From assembly GCA_965212015.1 (NCBI GenBank), contig OZ243037.1, forward strand, positions 320,001 through 384,000: a DNA stretch of 64,000 nt, given 5' to 3'. The stretch comes from Cenarchaeum sp. (lineage in GTDB: Archaea > Thermoproteota > Nitrososphaeria > Nitrososphaerales > Nitrosopumilaceae). The notes beneath the pieces are model-generated. The model had not been told where the DNA came from. It did no database searches and worked only from the letters and a program-made list of their open reading frames with translations. The translations under genes and the position numbers were made by a program. How positions within the stretch are numbered: the first letter of the stretch is position 1; each line of letters opens with the position of its first letter. Positions 1-8,207 of the stretch are shown piece after piece.

Positions 1-807
1 GGAACCGGGTTTGTAAAGTGCGTGTCCGACTATGGCCGGGTTTGGTTTCCGTCATTATACACAAAAAGAGTACACGGAATCTGGACGGGCAAAATATCGG
101 AGGCCGTGGGCATGAAGGCAGTGAAAATGCTAAAGACTGCGGGCGTCTCTGCCGTGAGGCCCATAACCCGGGGAACGCCGGATCCCAGATACCAGAAGCA
201 GGTGGAGCTCTTGATAAAAGAGTCGATGAGGCAGATTCGAAACAGCGCAAAGACCCCGGTGGATGCGGACGAAAAAATCAGGATTGTGGCCGGGCTGCCG
301 TATCACGCGTTCGGGCACAGGGACGCCATAACCCGCATAGTCAAGAAAACGCTCAATGCCGAAAAATGCTCGGTGGTGGCCCAGGCGTCCGGCACGCTGG
401 TGGACCTTGGCCGGAGCAGCGGAATCGTGGTATCCATCGGGCAGGGAACCACGGAGATTATAGTGGTGGACGATTACGAGGTAATAGACGGCGACAGCTC
501 GCAGTGGGCGTCGGATTTTGTCACAAAAAAAATCGGCAGGTTTGCCCACCTGGATGCGGACCTGCTGGGCCAGAACAGGGAGCTCTGCCGAAAATACTCG
601 CGCATTCTGGCGGAAAACCTGATAGGCGAGATACAGGACATGGCGCAAAGCTATGGCGGCCAGTACCCGATAGCACTGTCAGGCGGGGGCCTCTTGATTC
701 ACGGGGTGCGCGACGTGCTGGAGGCGGGCCTGAAGGACTTTGAGATTATGGTTCCAGAAGATCCGGTAATGAGCAACGCAATAGGCCTGTACAAGCTGGT
801 GGAATAA
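1..807 (+). CDS. Actin-fold ATPase (MreB/MamK/ParM-like), 5' end truncated by the window
   Basis: Frame +1 reads GTGFVKCVSD from base 1 (phosphate-1 [D]xGTGFVK). Also phosphate-2 SIGQGTTEI, adenosine motif LSGGG and connect-2 EDPVMSNAIG. Confidence 0.85.
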   Translation, partial: GTGFVKCVSDYGRVWFPSLYTKRVHGIWTGKISEAVGMKAVKMLKTAGVSAVRPITRGTPDPRYQKQVELLIKESMRQIRNSAKTPVDADEKIRIVAGLPYHAFGHRDAITRIVKKTLNAEKCSVVAQASGTLVDLGRSSGIVVSIGQGTTEIIVVDDYEVIDGDSSQWASDFVTKKIGRFAHLDADLLGQNRELCRKYSRILAENLIGEIQDMAQSYGGQYPIALSGGGLLIHGVRDVLEAGLKDFEIMVPEDPVMSNAIGLYKLVE

Positions 808-812
808 ACCCG

Positions 813-3800
813 ATGGGCTCTAAACGCTGGAGGCTTGCAAACAAGAGAAAACAAAAGGGGCAGCTTGACTGTGTGAAAAAATTCCTGCCCGCCGCAGACG
901 GGCTCTCGGCGGTATCGGTGATTGTTCCAATACTGATGGACAAAAAGGAGGCAATTGCGGCCGCCGGCGGCCTGGTCAGCGCGGGCATCCGGAGCTTTGA
1001 GCTGTGGTGGGACGGGGACGAGAAAAGCATGCAGTTTGTCCTGGTCGGCGAGTCGCGCGACATTTCAAACTTTAGGCAGGCCTTTATCAACATGTATCCG
1101 AACGCGAAATTCGAGAATCTTGATCACACCGTACCAAAATGGTTTGAGCGCGATGAACAGTACCAGATATTCGACGTCGGGACGTATCACGGCCACTATA
1201 CGGCGGTATTTGACAAGGCCAAGGCGCACCAGATAATCTCACAGATTACAAACACCGTACAGCTCTCAAAGTTTGCCTGGATACAGTTCGTGTTCCGAAA
1301 CTATGCCTTTAACAAGTTTTTGCGCAGGCACGTAACGCGGCTCGACGAAAAGGCAAGGGAGATAAAATCCGGAAACTATCTGAGCACGACTGACATTCTC
1401 ATGCACCCGGACAAAAAGCCGCACGCGCATCCGGAGCAGGGGTACGACTTTGGAAACAACTATCCGGGGCTACAAAAGCACGCCACGTTAAAGACGCAGA
1501 GCTCCCACCTTCTCATGAGCATACGCGGCATGATAAGGAGCGATTCGGAGATAAACCTGCACTTTGACGAGATAGAGGCGCTTCCGGTGGAGAGCATCCA
1601 CTCTGGCCACGAGCACCTTACAAAATTCAGGTACAAGTACGAGAATTTTTGCGCCAAGGATCCCAAAAAGACCCGCGTGCGAGTCGAGGGACAAAAGGAC
1701 CGCCCGCAGAGAATGGACATGTTCGAGTCCCGGCTCCTGCCGGATCCGGAGCCGTTTTTGGACTCGGCAATCGGGAAATACTTTGACAAGGGGATTTTCA
1801 GCTATCGCGAGAGGGAGTCCCTGCCGTTTCTCATACTGAATCTTTCGGAGATGCCGCTGTTTGTCCACCTGCCAAACGCGACAACGCCAAATATCGGCAC
1901 CACCCGCGGCGTCACGCTTCCGGCAAAGCCGTCAGAAAAACAGGGGGCAAACATCGGGTTCTTTGGGATAAAAAAGGACTATGACTGGCAGTCGATATGG
2001 GGGATTACGGCAAAGTCAAAGGACATTGATGCGGCGGTAATATCGCCTACAGACTTTGCCAACCATTTCTACTGCGTGGGCGCCTCGGGCTCCGGCAAGA
2101 CGTCCCTTATCCGCCTTTTTGCCAAGCACCTGGAGGCGTGGAACAAAAACAAGGAGTTTCCAAACGCGTTCATATACGTGGATCCAAAGGGGGACGACTC
2201 TCACAAATTCGTCAAGCAGTGCGCCCCGGAGACGGTGCGCGGCGGCATGGTCCATTTTCTGGATCCCCAGGAGACGAAATTCTCGATAAACCCGCTGGAG
2301 CTGCCGCCGTACCAGGAGAACGAGCGCGAGGAGGTAGTCTCTAGATACGTCGGCTATTTCATGAAGACCATAGAGGAGTGGTACCAGCAGTCGACAAGCT
2401 TTGTGCAGATGGAGAGGATATTTCGCGCGCTTTTGTTTTACATATACATGAGGCACGACTCGCCCACGTTTCTTGACATACACGACATCATACTGCGGCT
2501 ACAAAGCAACGGAAACAATGCGCTGCCGTATATAATCAAGATTTTTGGCACGCCGGATCCGGAGATGCTGCAGGCCCTTGAGAGCATTTCCGGGCTAAAG
2601 GGTGACGCCTTTGTGCCCCTGCTCAACAGGATAGAGCAGTTTGCCACGGATCCCATACTAAAGAGAATGTTCTCGGTCAGGCACGGAACGGTCGACTTTG
2701 ACGAGATTATACAGCCAGGAAGCTGTACCATTGTCCGGATATCCCCGCTCAACATGCCCCACCACGTCCAGCCGCTTGCCATGCAGGCGTTCATACTAAA
2801 GCTGTGGTTTACCATACAGGAGCGCGCAAACAAGGTACAGGACGAAAAGGACCGCACACAGGTGATTCTGGCGCTCGACGAGTTCCAGATAGTCAAGGAT
2901 CTGCAGGTATTACAGCTCATGCTGGAGCAGGCAAGATCCCTGGGACTCGGGCTTGTCCTGTCACACCAGACCACCGAGCAGATAAGCGACAAGCAGCTCG
3001 GGATAATATCGGGCAATTCTGGAACCCAGCTTGTCGGAAAGGTAAACGGAAAGGACGCAGGAAGGCTCTCCCAGATCTGGGATCCACAGTTCCAGGGCGA
3101 GCTCCTGCAGCAGCTGGCAAGCCAGGAATACTTTCACTGGACCGTGCGCGAAAAGGCGCCGCTGGGCCAGGAACAGCCTCCCCCGACACAATTCTGGCTG
3201 AACCGGCCGCCCGACCTGCTCACTACGGGCGCCGAATACGACGCGTTTGTGGCATCCCAGCTTGCCAAATACGGCAGGGGCGCAGTCGAAGAGTCGTCCA
3301 TAAAGCAGATTGCCGCAGAGAGGAACAAATGGCTTGAAAGCATAACAGTCCGGTTTCCCAGCCAGATTGAATGGAGAATAATGCTGATGCTGTTAAAGGG
3401 GCCCATGCGGCAGGCAGACATGGTGGACAGGCTCAAGGTCTCAAACAGGTCCGAGGTGTTCGACGCCCTCGGCAGTATGGAGTCCAGAAAGATCGTGGTC
3501 AGGACTGATGATACCAGAACCTCCCCGTACGAGCTTGCCAGAAAGGCGAAAAAAGACTATTTTAAACACGATTCAGGCGAGATTGGATCCGCAGAAGAGA
3601 TAGAGGAGGTGACAAAAAGGGTAGTCGAGATGTACCAGAAAAGGGAATCCTTTGTAGCCGTGGCCTCCCAGAAGATAAGAAAGGGCCGGGACAGGACGGA
3701 TCTGGTGGCCTATGACTATGATACAGAGACGGCCATCAGCGTGGAGATAGAGTCGGTCAGCGAGGTACAGAGCCACAAGGAGCACGTCCGGTACAACATG

Positions 3801-3923
3801 GTAAAGTGGAGGGACATGGGCTTTCAGGAATGCCATGTCTGGTCCAAGAGCCCCAGGATCCGGCAGATCTACGAGAGCCTCGATCCCGAGGAGAAACTCG
3901 GGGTCAGAACGGGCGTCATTTGA
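813..3923 (+). CDS. VirD4/TraD/HerA-family (FtsK-HerA) ATPase with C-terminal wHTH and PD-(D/E)xK-like domain
   Basis: Walker A GASGSGKT, YVDPKGD, INPLE, Walker B LALDEFQ, arginine-finger region ARSLGLGLVLSHQ. C-terminus has an HTH-like segment (GPMRQADMVDRLKVSNRSEVFDAL) and RTDLVAYD...SVEIES. Confidence 0.8.
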   Translation: MGSKRWRLANKRKQKGQLDCVKKFLPAADGLSAVSVIVPILMDKKEAIAAAGGLVSAGIRSFELWWDGDEKSMQFVLVGESRDISNFRQAFINMYPNAKFENLDHTVPKWFERDEQYQIFDVGTYHGHYTAVFDKAKAHQIISQITNTVQLSKFAWIQFVFRNYAFNKFLRRHVTRLDEKAREIKSGNYLSTTDILMHPDKKPHAHPEQGYDFGNNYPGLQKHATLKTQSSHLLMSIRGMIRSDSEINLHFDEIEALPVESIHSGHEHLTKFRYKYENFCAKDPKKTRVRVEGQKDRPQRMDMFESRLLPDPEPFLDSAIGKYFDKGIFSYRERESLPFLILNLSEMPLFVHLPNATTPNIGTTRGVTLPAKPSEKQGANIGFFGIKKDYDWQSIWGITAKSKDIDAAVISPTDFANHFYCVGASGSGKTSLIRLFAKHLEAWNKNKEFPNAFIYVDPKGDDSHKFVKQCAPETVRGGMVHFLDPQETKFSINPLELPPYQENEREEVVSRYVGYFMKTIEEWYQQSTSFVQMERIFRALLFYIYMRHDSPTFLDIHDIILRLQSNGNNALPYIIKIFGTPDPEMLQALESISGLKGDAFVPLLNRIEQFATDPILKRMFSVRHGTVDFDEIIQPGSCTIVRISPLNMPHHVQPLAMQAFILKLWFTIQERANKVQDEKDRTQVILALDEFQIVKDLQVLQLMLEQARSLGLGLVLSHQTTEQISDKQLGIISGNSGTQLVGKVNGKDAGRLSQIWDPQFQGELLQQLASQEYFHWTVREKAPLGQEQPPPTQFWLNRPPDLLTTGAEYDAFVASQLAKYGRGAVEESSIKQIAAERNKWLESITVRFPSQIEWRIMLMLLKGPMRQADMVDRLKVSNRSEVFDALGSMESRKIVVRTDDTRTSPYELARKAKKDYFKHDSGEIGSAEEIEEVTKRVVEMYQKRESFVAVASQKIRKGRDRTDLVAYDYDTETAISVEIESVSEVQSHKEHVRYNMVKWRDMGFQECHVWSKSPRIRQIYESLDPEEKLGVRTGVI

Positions 3924-4293
3924 TCCGGAGTTTTTCCAACCTGCTGGGTTCGGGCTTTTCCTGATCCTCGGATTCTTCTGAATCTTCCGGCTCTTCCGGG
4001 GGTGCGGTTTTTTTGGCGGGACGCCTACCGTGCCGCACCGTCTTTTTCTCGCTGCGCGACTGTTCCATGATTGACTCCATGGCCGCCTCGTACTTGTCCA
4101 TCTCGCCGATGTCCTTTTTTGTCAGCTCGCGTCCCAGCGGTTTTAGCATTACCTTGCCGTTGGTTCCGTAGAACCGTATGGTCTGGCCTGCCTCCACCCC
4201 GAGTATGTCCACCATTCTGGTCGGAACCGTAATGACATAGGATCCGTTGTCCTTTTTCTGCAGTATTCTTTCGTGTACCTTTTTGCCATCCAT
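3916..4293 (-). CDS. AbrB/MazE/SpoVT-type DNA-binding protein with acidic/basic tail
   Basis: GSYVITVPTRMVDILGVEAGQTIRFYGTNGKVMLKP matches the swapped-hairpin consensus. Confidence 0.85.
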   Translation of the reverse strand: MDGKKVHERILQKKDNGSYVITVPTRMVDILGVEAGQTIRFYGTNGKVMLKPLGRELTKKDIGEMDKYEAAMESIMEQSRSEKKTVRHGRRPAKKTAPPEEPEDSEESEDQEKPEPSRLEKLRIK

Positions 4294-4329
4294 TACCCAC
4301 AAAAGTGCTGTTGCATAAAAGGCCGATTA

Positions 4330-4477
4330 TCGACACCGAAAGCGTCGATTGTCGCCCCCGAAAGCGCTTTCGACTCTTTTTTGTCGACACCGAAAGCGTC
4401 GATTGTCGCCCCCGAAAGCGCTTTCGACTCTTTTTTTATGGCACAAAAGGAGTCGAAAACCGACACCGAAAGCGTCG
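4330..4477. repeat. Two 54-bp direct repeats plus a partial third copy and an inverted repeat (candidate ori/oriT or operator)
   Basis: tcgacaccgaaagcgtcgattgtcgcccccgaaagcgctttcgactctttttt at 4330 and 4384; cgacaccgaaagcgtcg again at 4461; ccgaaagcg core occurs five times; inverted repeat tttcgactc...gagtcgaaa at about 4422-4458. Confidence 0.9.
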
Positions 4478-4715
4478 CCATAATGCGGCTAGGCGCGGAT
4501 TTTCCCTTCGCATTTACCTTACAAAACAAAAAAACGAATCCTGATCAGCAAAGACATTAAGTCTTTTTCCCAAGGCTCCCTAGCGGGAGCCTCACACCAA
4601 ACCACGTCGGGCTATAGGCCAGCCCGGCTACCCAAGGACCATCCCGGGCCGGCAGAGCCGGCCCTCTTGCCCAGAACCATCCGGGCCGGAGTCCCGGCCC
4701 GGACAGGATACGAGT

Positions 4716-4994
4716 CCGTACAGGTCACCAAGGCCCGTACAGGTCACCAAGGCCCGTACAGGTCACCAAGGCCCGTACAGGTCACCAAGGCCCGTACAGG
4801 TCACCAAGGCCCGTACAGGTCACCAAGGCCCGTACAGGTCACCAAGGCCCGTACAGGTCACCAAGGCCCGTACAGGTCACCAAGGCCCGTACAGGTCACC
4901 AAGGCCCGTACAGGTCACCAAGGCCCGTACAGGTCACCAAGGCCCGTACAGGTCACCAAGGCCCGTACAGGTCACCAAGGCCCGTACAGGTCAC
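4716..4994. repeat. Perfect tandem array, 19-bp unit ccgtacaggtcaccaaggc, 14 full copies plus 13 bp
   Basis: Read directly; no spacers and no mismatches seen; unit length is not a multiple of 3. Confidence 0.97.
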
Positions 4995-5041
4995 ATGATC
5001 AAGGGGGGCTAGTTTTAATCATAAAAACCACCAAACTGGTG

Positions 5042-6367
5042 TTATTTCCCACGGGTCTTTGTCAAATATCTTTTACGCGCCTTTACCTCCGGCCTCTGAC
5101 CGTATTCTTTCTGGTATTTCTGGATCTTTTTCTTCACCTCCGGCCTCTGGCGGTTTTTTCTGATCCGCGCCTTTACCTCCGGCTTTTGGTCGTATTTTTT
5201 CTGATATTCCAGCTGACGATTCCTCACCTCCGGCCTTTGAAGGTATTTTCTGAGCCTTTCTTTTACCTCCGGCCTATGGCGATACTTTCTGATCCGTTCC
5301 TTTACCTCCGGCCTTTGAAAGTACCTTCTGCTCTGTTCCTTCACCTCCGGCCTTTGAAAGTATTTCCTGATCTTTTCCTTGACCTCCGGCCTATGGTTGT
5401 ATTTTTTCATGTATTTCTGGCGATTTTTCCTCACCTCCGGCCTCTGACGGTATTTCCTGGACTTTTTCTTTACCTCCGGCTTCTGAGAATATTCTCTCGC
5501 GTATTTCCTGATCCTTTTCTTTACCTCCGGCCTCTGGCGATATTCTAGATCGTATTCCCTCTTTAGCTTCCTCGTCTCCGGCCTCTGAAGATATTTACTG
5601 AGCCTTTTCTTTACCTCCGGCCTCTGGCGGTATTCCCTCTTGTACTTCCTGAGATTTTTCTTTACCTCCGACCTCTGAGAATATTCCCTCGCGTATTTCT
5701 TGATCCTTTTCTTTACCTCCGGCCTCTGGCGGTATTTCCTGACCCGCTTCTTTACCTCCGGCCTCTGGCTGTATTCCTTTTGCCGCTTCCTTACCTCCGG
5801 CCTCCGGATATATTTTTTCTGTCGTTCCAGATTCTGTTTTTTTACCTCCGGCCTCCGGCTGTATTCTTTCTGGTATTTCTGGATCCACTTCTTTACCTCC
5901 GGCCTTTGGCGGTTTTTTCTGAGCCTTTCTTTTACCTCCGACCTCTGACGGTATTCCCTGACCCATTTCTTTACCTCCGACCTTTGCTGGTATTCCCTCT
6001 GGTATTCCCGGTGATATTTTCTGAGCTTTAGCCGTCTGGCCTGAAATTCCTTTTGCTTTTTCCGATAGTATTCCCACTGGTACTTTCTGAGTTTCTCCTT
6101 GGCCGATACACTGGATTTTGCCTTGGATTTCCCACGGGTATTTTTTGCCTCCGATTTTGCCCGGCTTTTCCTGTTTTTGGCCAGTATCTTCTTCCGATTT
6201 TTCCGATAGTATTCCCTCTGGCGTCTCAGCCTCTCCAGCCTTTTTTTGGCTGATTCCTTGGGTTTTGCCAATGTGTGATGTCTTGTTTGGGAATTATTAT
6301 TGATTGTTTTTTGGGCATGGTTTATTTGCCGGGTTTGTAATGGGGCAATAATGGCGGGATTTTCCAA
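5042..6367 (-). CDS. Highly basic helical repeat protein (21 x RPEVK-type units of 13 or 17 aa), putative nucleic-acid binding
   Basis: Y-x-Q-R-P-E-V-K motif recurs with 8- or 12-residue linkers; the DNA period of 39/51 bp keeps frame. True start uncertain (probably downstream of 6367). Confidence 0.75.
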   Translation of the reverse strand: MENPAIIAPLQTRQINHAQKTINNNSQTRHHTLAKPKESAKKRLERLRRQREYYRKNRKKILAKNRKSRAKSEAKNTRGKSKAKSSVSAKEKLRKYQWEYYRKKQKEFQARRLKLRKYHREYQREYQQRSEVKKWVREYRQRSEVKERLRKNRQRPEVKKWIQKYQKEYSRRPEVKKQNLERQKKYIRRPEVRKRQKEYSQRPEVKKRVRKYRQRPEVKKRIKKYAREYSQRSEVKKNLRKYKREYRQRPEVKKRLSKYLQRPETRKLKREYDLEYRQRPEVKKRIRKYAREYSQKPEVKKKSRKYRQRPEVRKNRQKYMKKYNHRPEVKEKIRKYFQRPEVKEQSRRYFQRPEVKERIRKYRHRPEVKERLRKYLQRPEVRNRQLEYQKKYDQKPEVKARIRKNRQRPEVKKKIQKYQKEYGQRPEVKARKRYLTKTRGK

Positions 6368-6800
6368 AATCTATTGCATAGGCGGGCTTGGAGGCCATAT
6401 GGGGGCAGACGGCATAAACCCGATTCACTTTCAAATCCTCATAGGAAACAGCGACAGAATGTGGCTGGAGTCAAGATATTTTGACGATAAATTCAAGCCG
6501 ATTGGAAAAATCCATATCATAGTTCCAAAGGCGCCCGATGATCCAAACGCGTTGATAGACGCCTGTATCGCATTCGCGCCGGATTTGTTTGAAGGCCTGC
6601 CGTCCATGAAAGAGACGAAGGAGATTTTGGCAGAGCATACAAGGCTGGATTTTGGCCTGAGGGCAGACGAAATTCCCGACATCTGGAAGACGTTGAGAAA
6701 AGAGGCCATGCCGATTTTTGAGAAACTGCACATTTTTGCAGGTCCATTAACCGAACTTGATGTGGACAAAAAATATCTTGCCAAACCAGGGTGGTATTGA
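6351..6800 (+). CDS. Hypothetical protein
   Basis: Globular-looking ORF MAGFSKIYCIGGLGGHMGADG...; ATG at 6351 preferred over the ORF-track start. Confidence 0.65.
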   Translation: MAGFSKIYCIGGLGGHMGADGINPIHFQILIGNSDRMWLESRYFDDKFKPIGKIHIIVPKAPDDPNALIDACIAFAPDLFEGLPSMKETKEILAEHTRLDFGLRADEIPDIWKTLRKEAMPIFEKLHIFAGPLTELDVDKKYLAKPGWY

Positions 6801-6903
6801 GAGCATTAGGCGTGTCTGTTTCAACCCTCCATGAATATGGGTCTCCGACATTTCCGTAATTATCCAAAAAACCCCCCTTAAATCAAATTAAAACTAAAGT
6901 AGT

Positions 6904-7140
6904 ATGGAAGAAAACCAAGTGGTGTATCCAAGAAACATCCAGCACGTCAGCGGCTCGTTTATGATGAACATTCCGTCCCCTATAGCAAGGAAATTGCGTC
7001 TTGTCAAGGGCCAGTGTATTATGGTGGGCGAGTCCGACGGGAGGATAATCATCAAGCCCGTGGACATGGGGGTGGCAAAACGGATTCTTGGTTATGGCAC
7101 GATACCGGCAAAACCGGATGGCATTCCGGCCTCTCAATAG
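6904..7140 (+). CDS. AbrB/MazE/SpoVT-type DNA-binding protein
   Basis: GSFMMNIPSPIARKLRLVKGQCIMVGESDGRIIIKP. Confidence 0.8.
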   Translation: MEENQVVYPRNIQHVSGSFMMNIPSPIARKLRLVKGQCIMVGESDGRIIIKPVDMGVAKRILGYGTIPAKPDGIPASQ

Positions 7141-7247
7141 CTTGGAACTGTAATTCACATTATTGCGGGATTGGTACCGACACTCATATTCCGTCGGACA
7201 TTCATTCTGGCGTGTTTTTTCTTTCATCAATATTTGATGATATTGTG

Positions 7248-8207
7248 TTAAACATATTTTTTTGATATATGATATTTCTCTGTTTTGATTATATAGTCAG
7301 AATTATCAAAAATAGTTTTAGATGGATCTTGTATGGTTATGATGCGCTCTGATGAACCATGTGTTCTGATATTTATTCCAGGAACAAAGTAAATCCAATA
7401 TCTGTCTCCGTGCTCTTTGGATTTCGCTAATTCATTGGAGGAAAGATAAAAATCTAAATCCAATCCAGACGAACCCTTGACTTCAATATAGATTTTATGT
7501 ATATGGCCATTGTTACTTGTAAACGATTCAATATCATACCCAGCATTAGCAAATCTATCGCTGATTCGGTCTATTTTTGATGCTTCTTCTGTGTGACCTG
7601 CATCGGCAAGTCTTTTCTGTTCAAAGGCAAGAACCAATTCCTCCGCTATGTTTCCTATTATTTTCTGATTTTCTAACTGTGCTTCCAACATTTTTTGTGT
7701 AATCTTTCTATCATTTTGTCCTATCAACTGGATATATTTTGGATTGATCTCGACTTTGCCGTTTTGTTTTTCAAATAAACCTGTTTCATACAAAATTGGT
7801 AGTATGTCTGGAATTGTGACAATTCCGTATATTTCTTGTTTTGGATACCACATACCGTGATTGTCATCAGTATGAAATTTGTCAAATATTTGAAATATTT
7901 CTCTGTTAATTTGTGGTCCAAAAAACATATTTTTGATAAAGAAATCTTTGAATTCTGGTGATTTGTTCCCGTAAAGTTCTAATGTTTGTACGCCTAAATT
8001 TGTCAGAGCCATTTTATTATTGTCTATTTTCACAAGGCCAAACAATATGCAAATATTTTTGACATTTTCATAGTTTGGCATTCTGGCCTGCTTGACTGGC
8101 TTTTCTTGAAATGTCTTTTTCACATAATTTCTAAGTGTGGGTTTGTGTTCTTCGAATAACCTCACGGTATCAAGCATTTCACATATGTTATGAATGGTCA
8201 GACTCAT
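7248..8207 (-). CDS. DUF3883 (NO VEIN C-terminal, PD-(D/E)xK) nuclease-domain protein with N-terminal wHTH-like region
   Basis: GNIAEELVLAFEQKRL...AGYDIESF...IYIEVKGS...FYLSSNEL...YWIYFV. Confidence 0.85.
   Translation of the reverse strand: MSLTIHNICEMLDTVRLFEEHKPTLRNYVKKTFQEKPVKQARMPNYENVKNICILFGLVKIDNNKMALTNLGVQTLELYGNKSPEFKDFFIKNMFFGPQINREIFQIFDKFHTDDNHGMWYPKQEIYGIVTIPDILPILYETGLFEKQNGKVEINPKYIQLIGQNDRKITQKMLEAQLENQKIIGNIAEELVLAFEQKRLADAGHTEEASKIDRISDRFANAGYDIESFTSNNGHIHKIYIEVKGSSGLDLDFYLSSNELAKSKEHGDRYWIYFVPGINIRTHGSSERIITIQDPSKTIFDNSDYIIKTEKYHISKKYV

Noticed and set aside
18-743. Alternative 241-aa ORF overlapping the actin-like gene
   Set aside because: Shadow frame with no motifs; frame +1 carries all the actin motifs.
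4716-4994. 19-bp array as a CRISPR array or as a coding repeat (ORF 4667..5548)
   Set aside because: There are no spacers. The ORF arises only because the unit lacks stops and then runs antisense to the RPEVK gene.
5080-5990. CRISPR-like pattern: conserved tttacctccggcctctg separated by variable 22/34-bp segments
   Set aside because: The periods are 39 or 51 bp (always in frame), the 'spacers' resemble each other and encode the RPEVK protein on the minus strand, and no cas genes are present.
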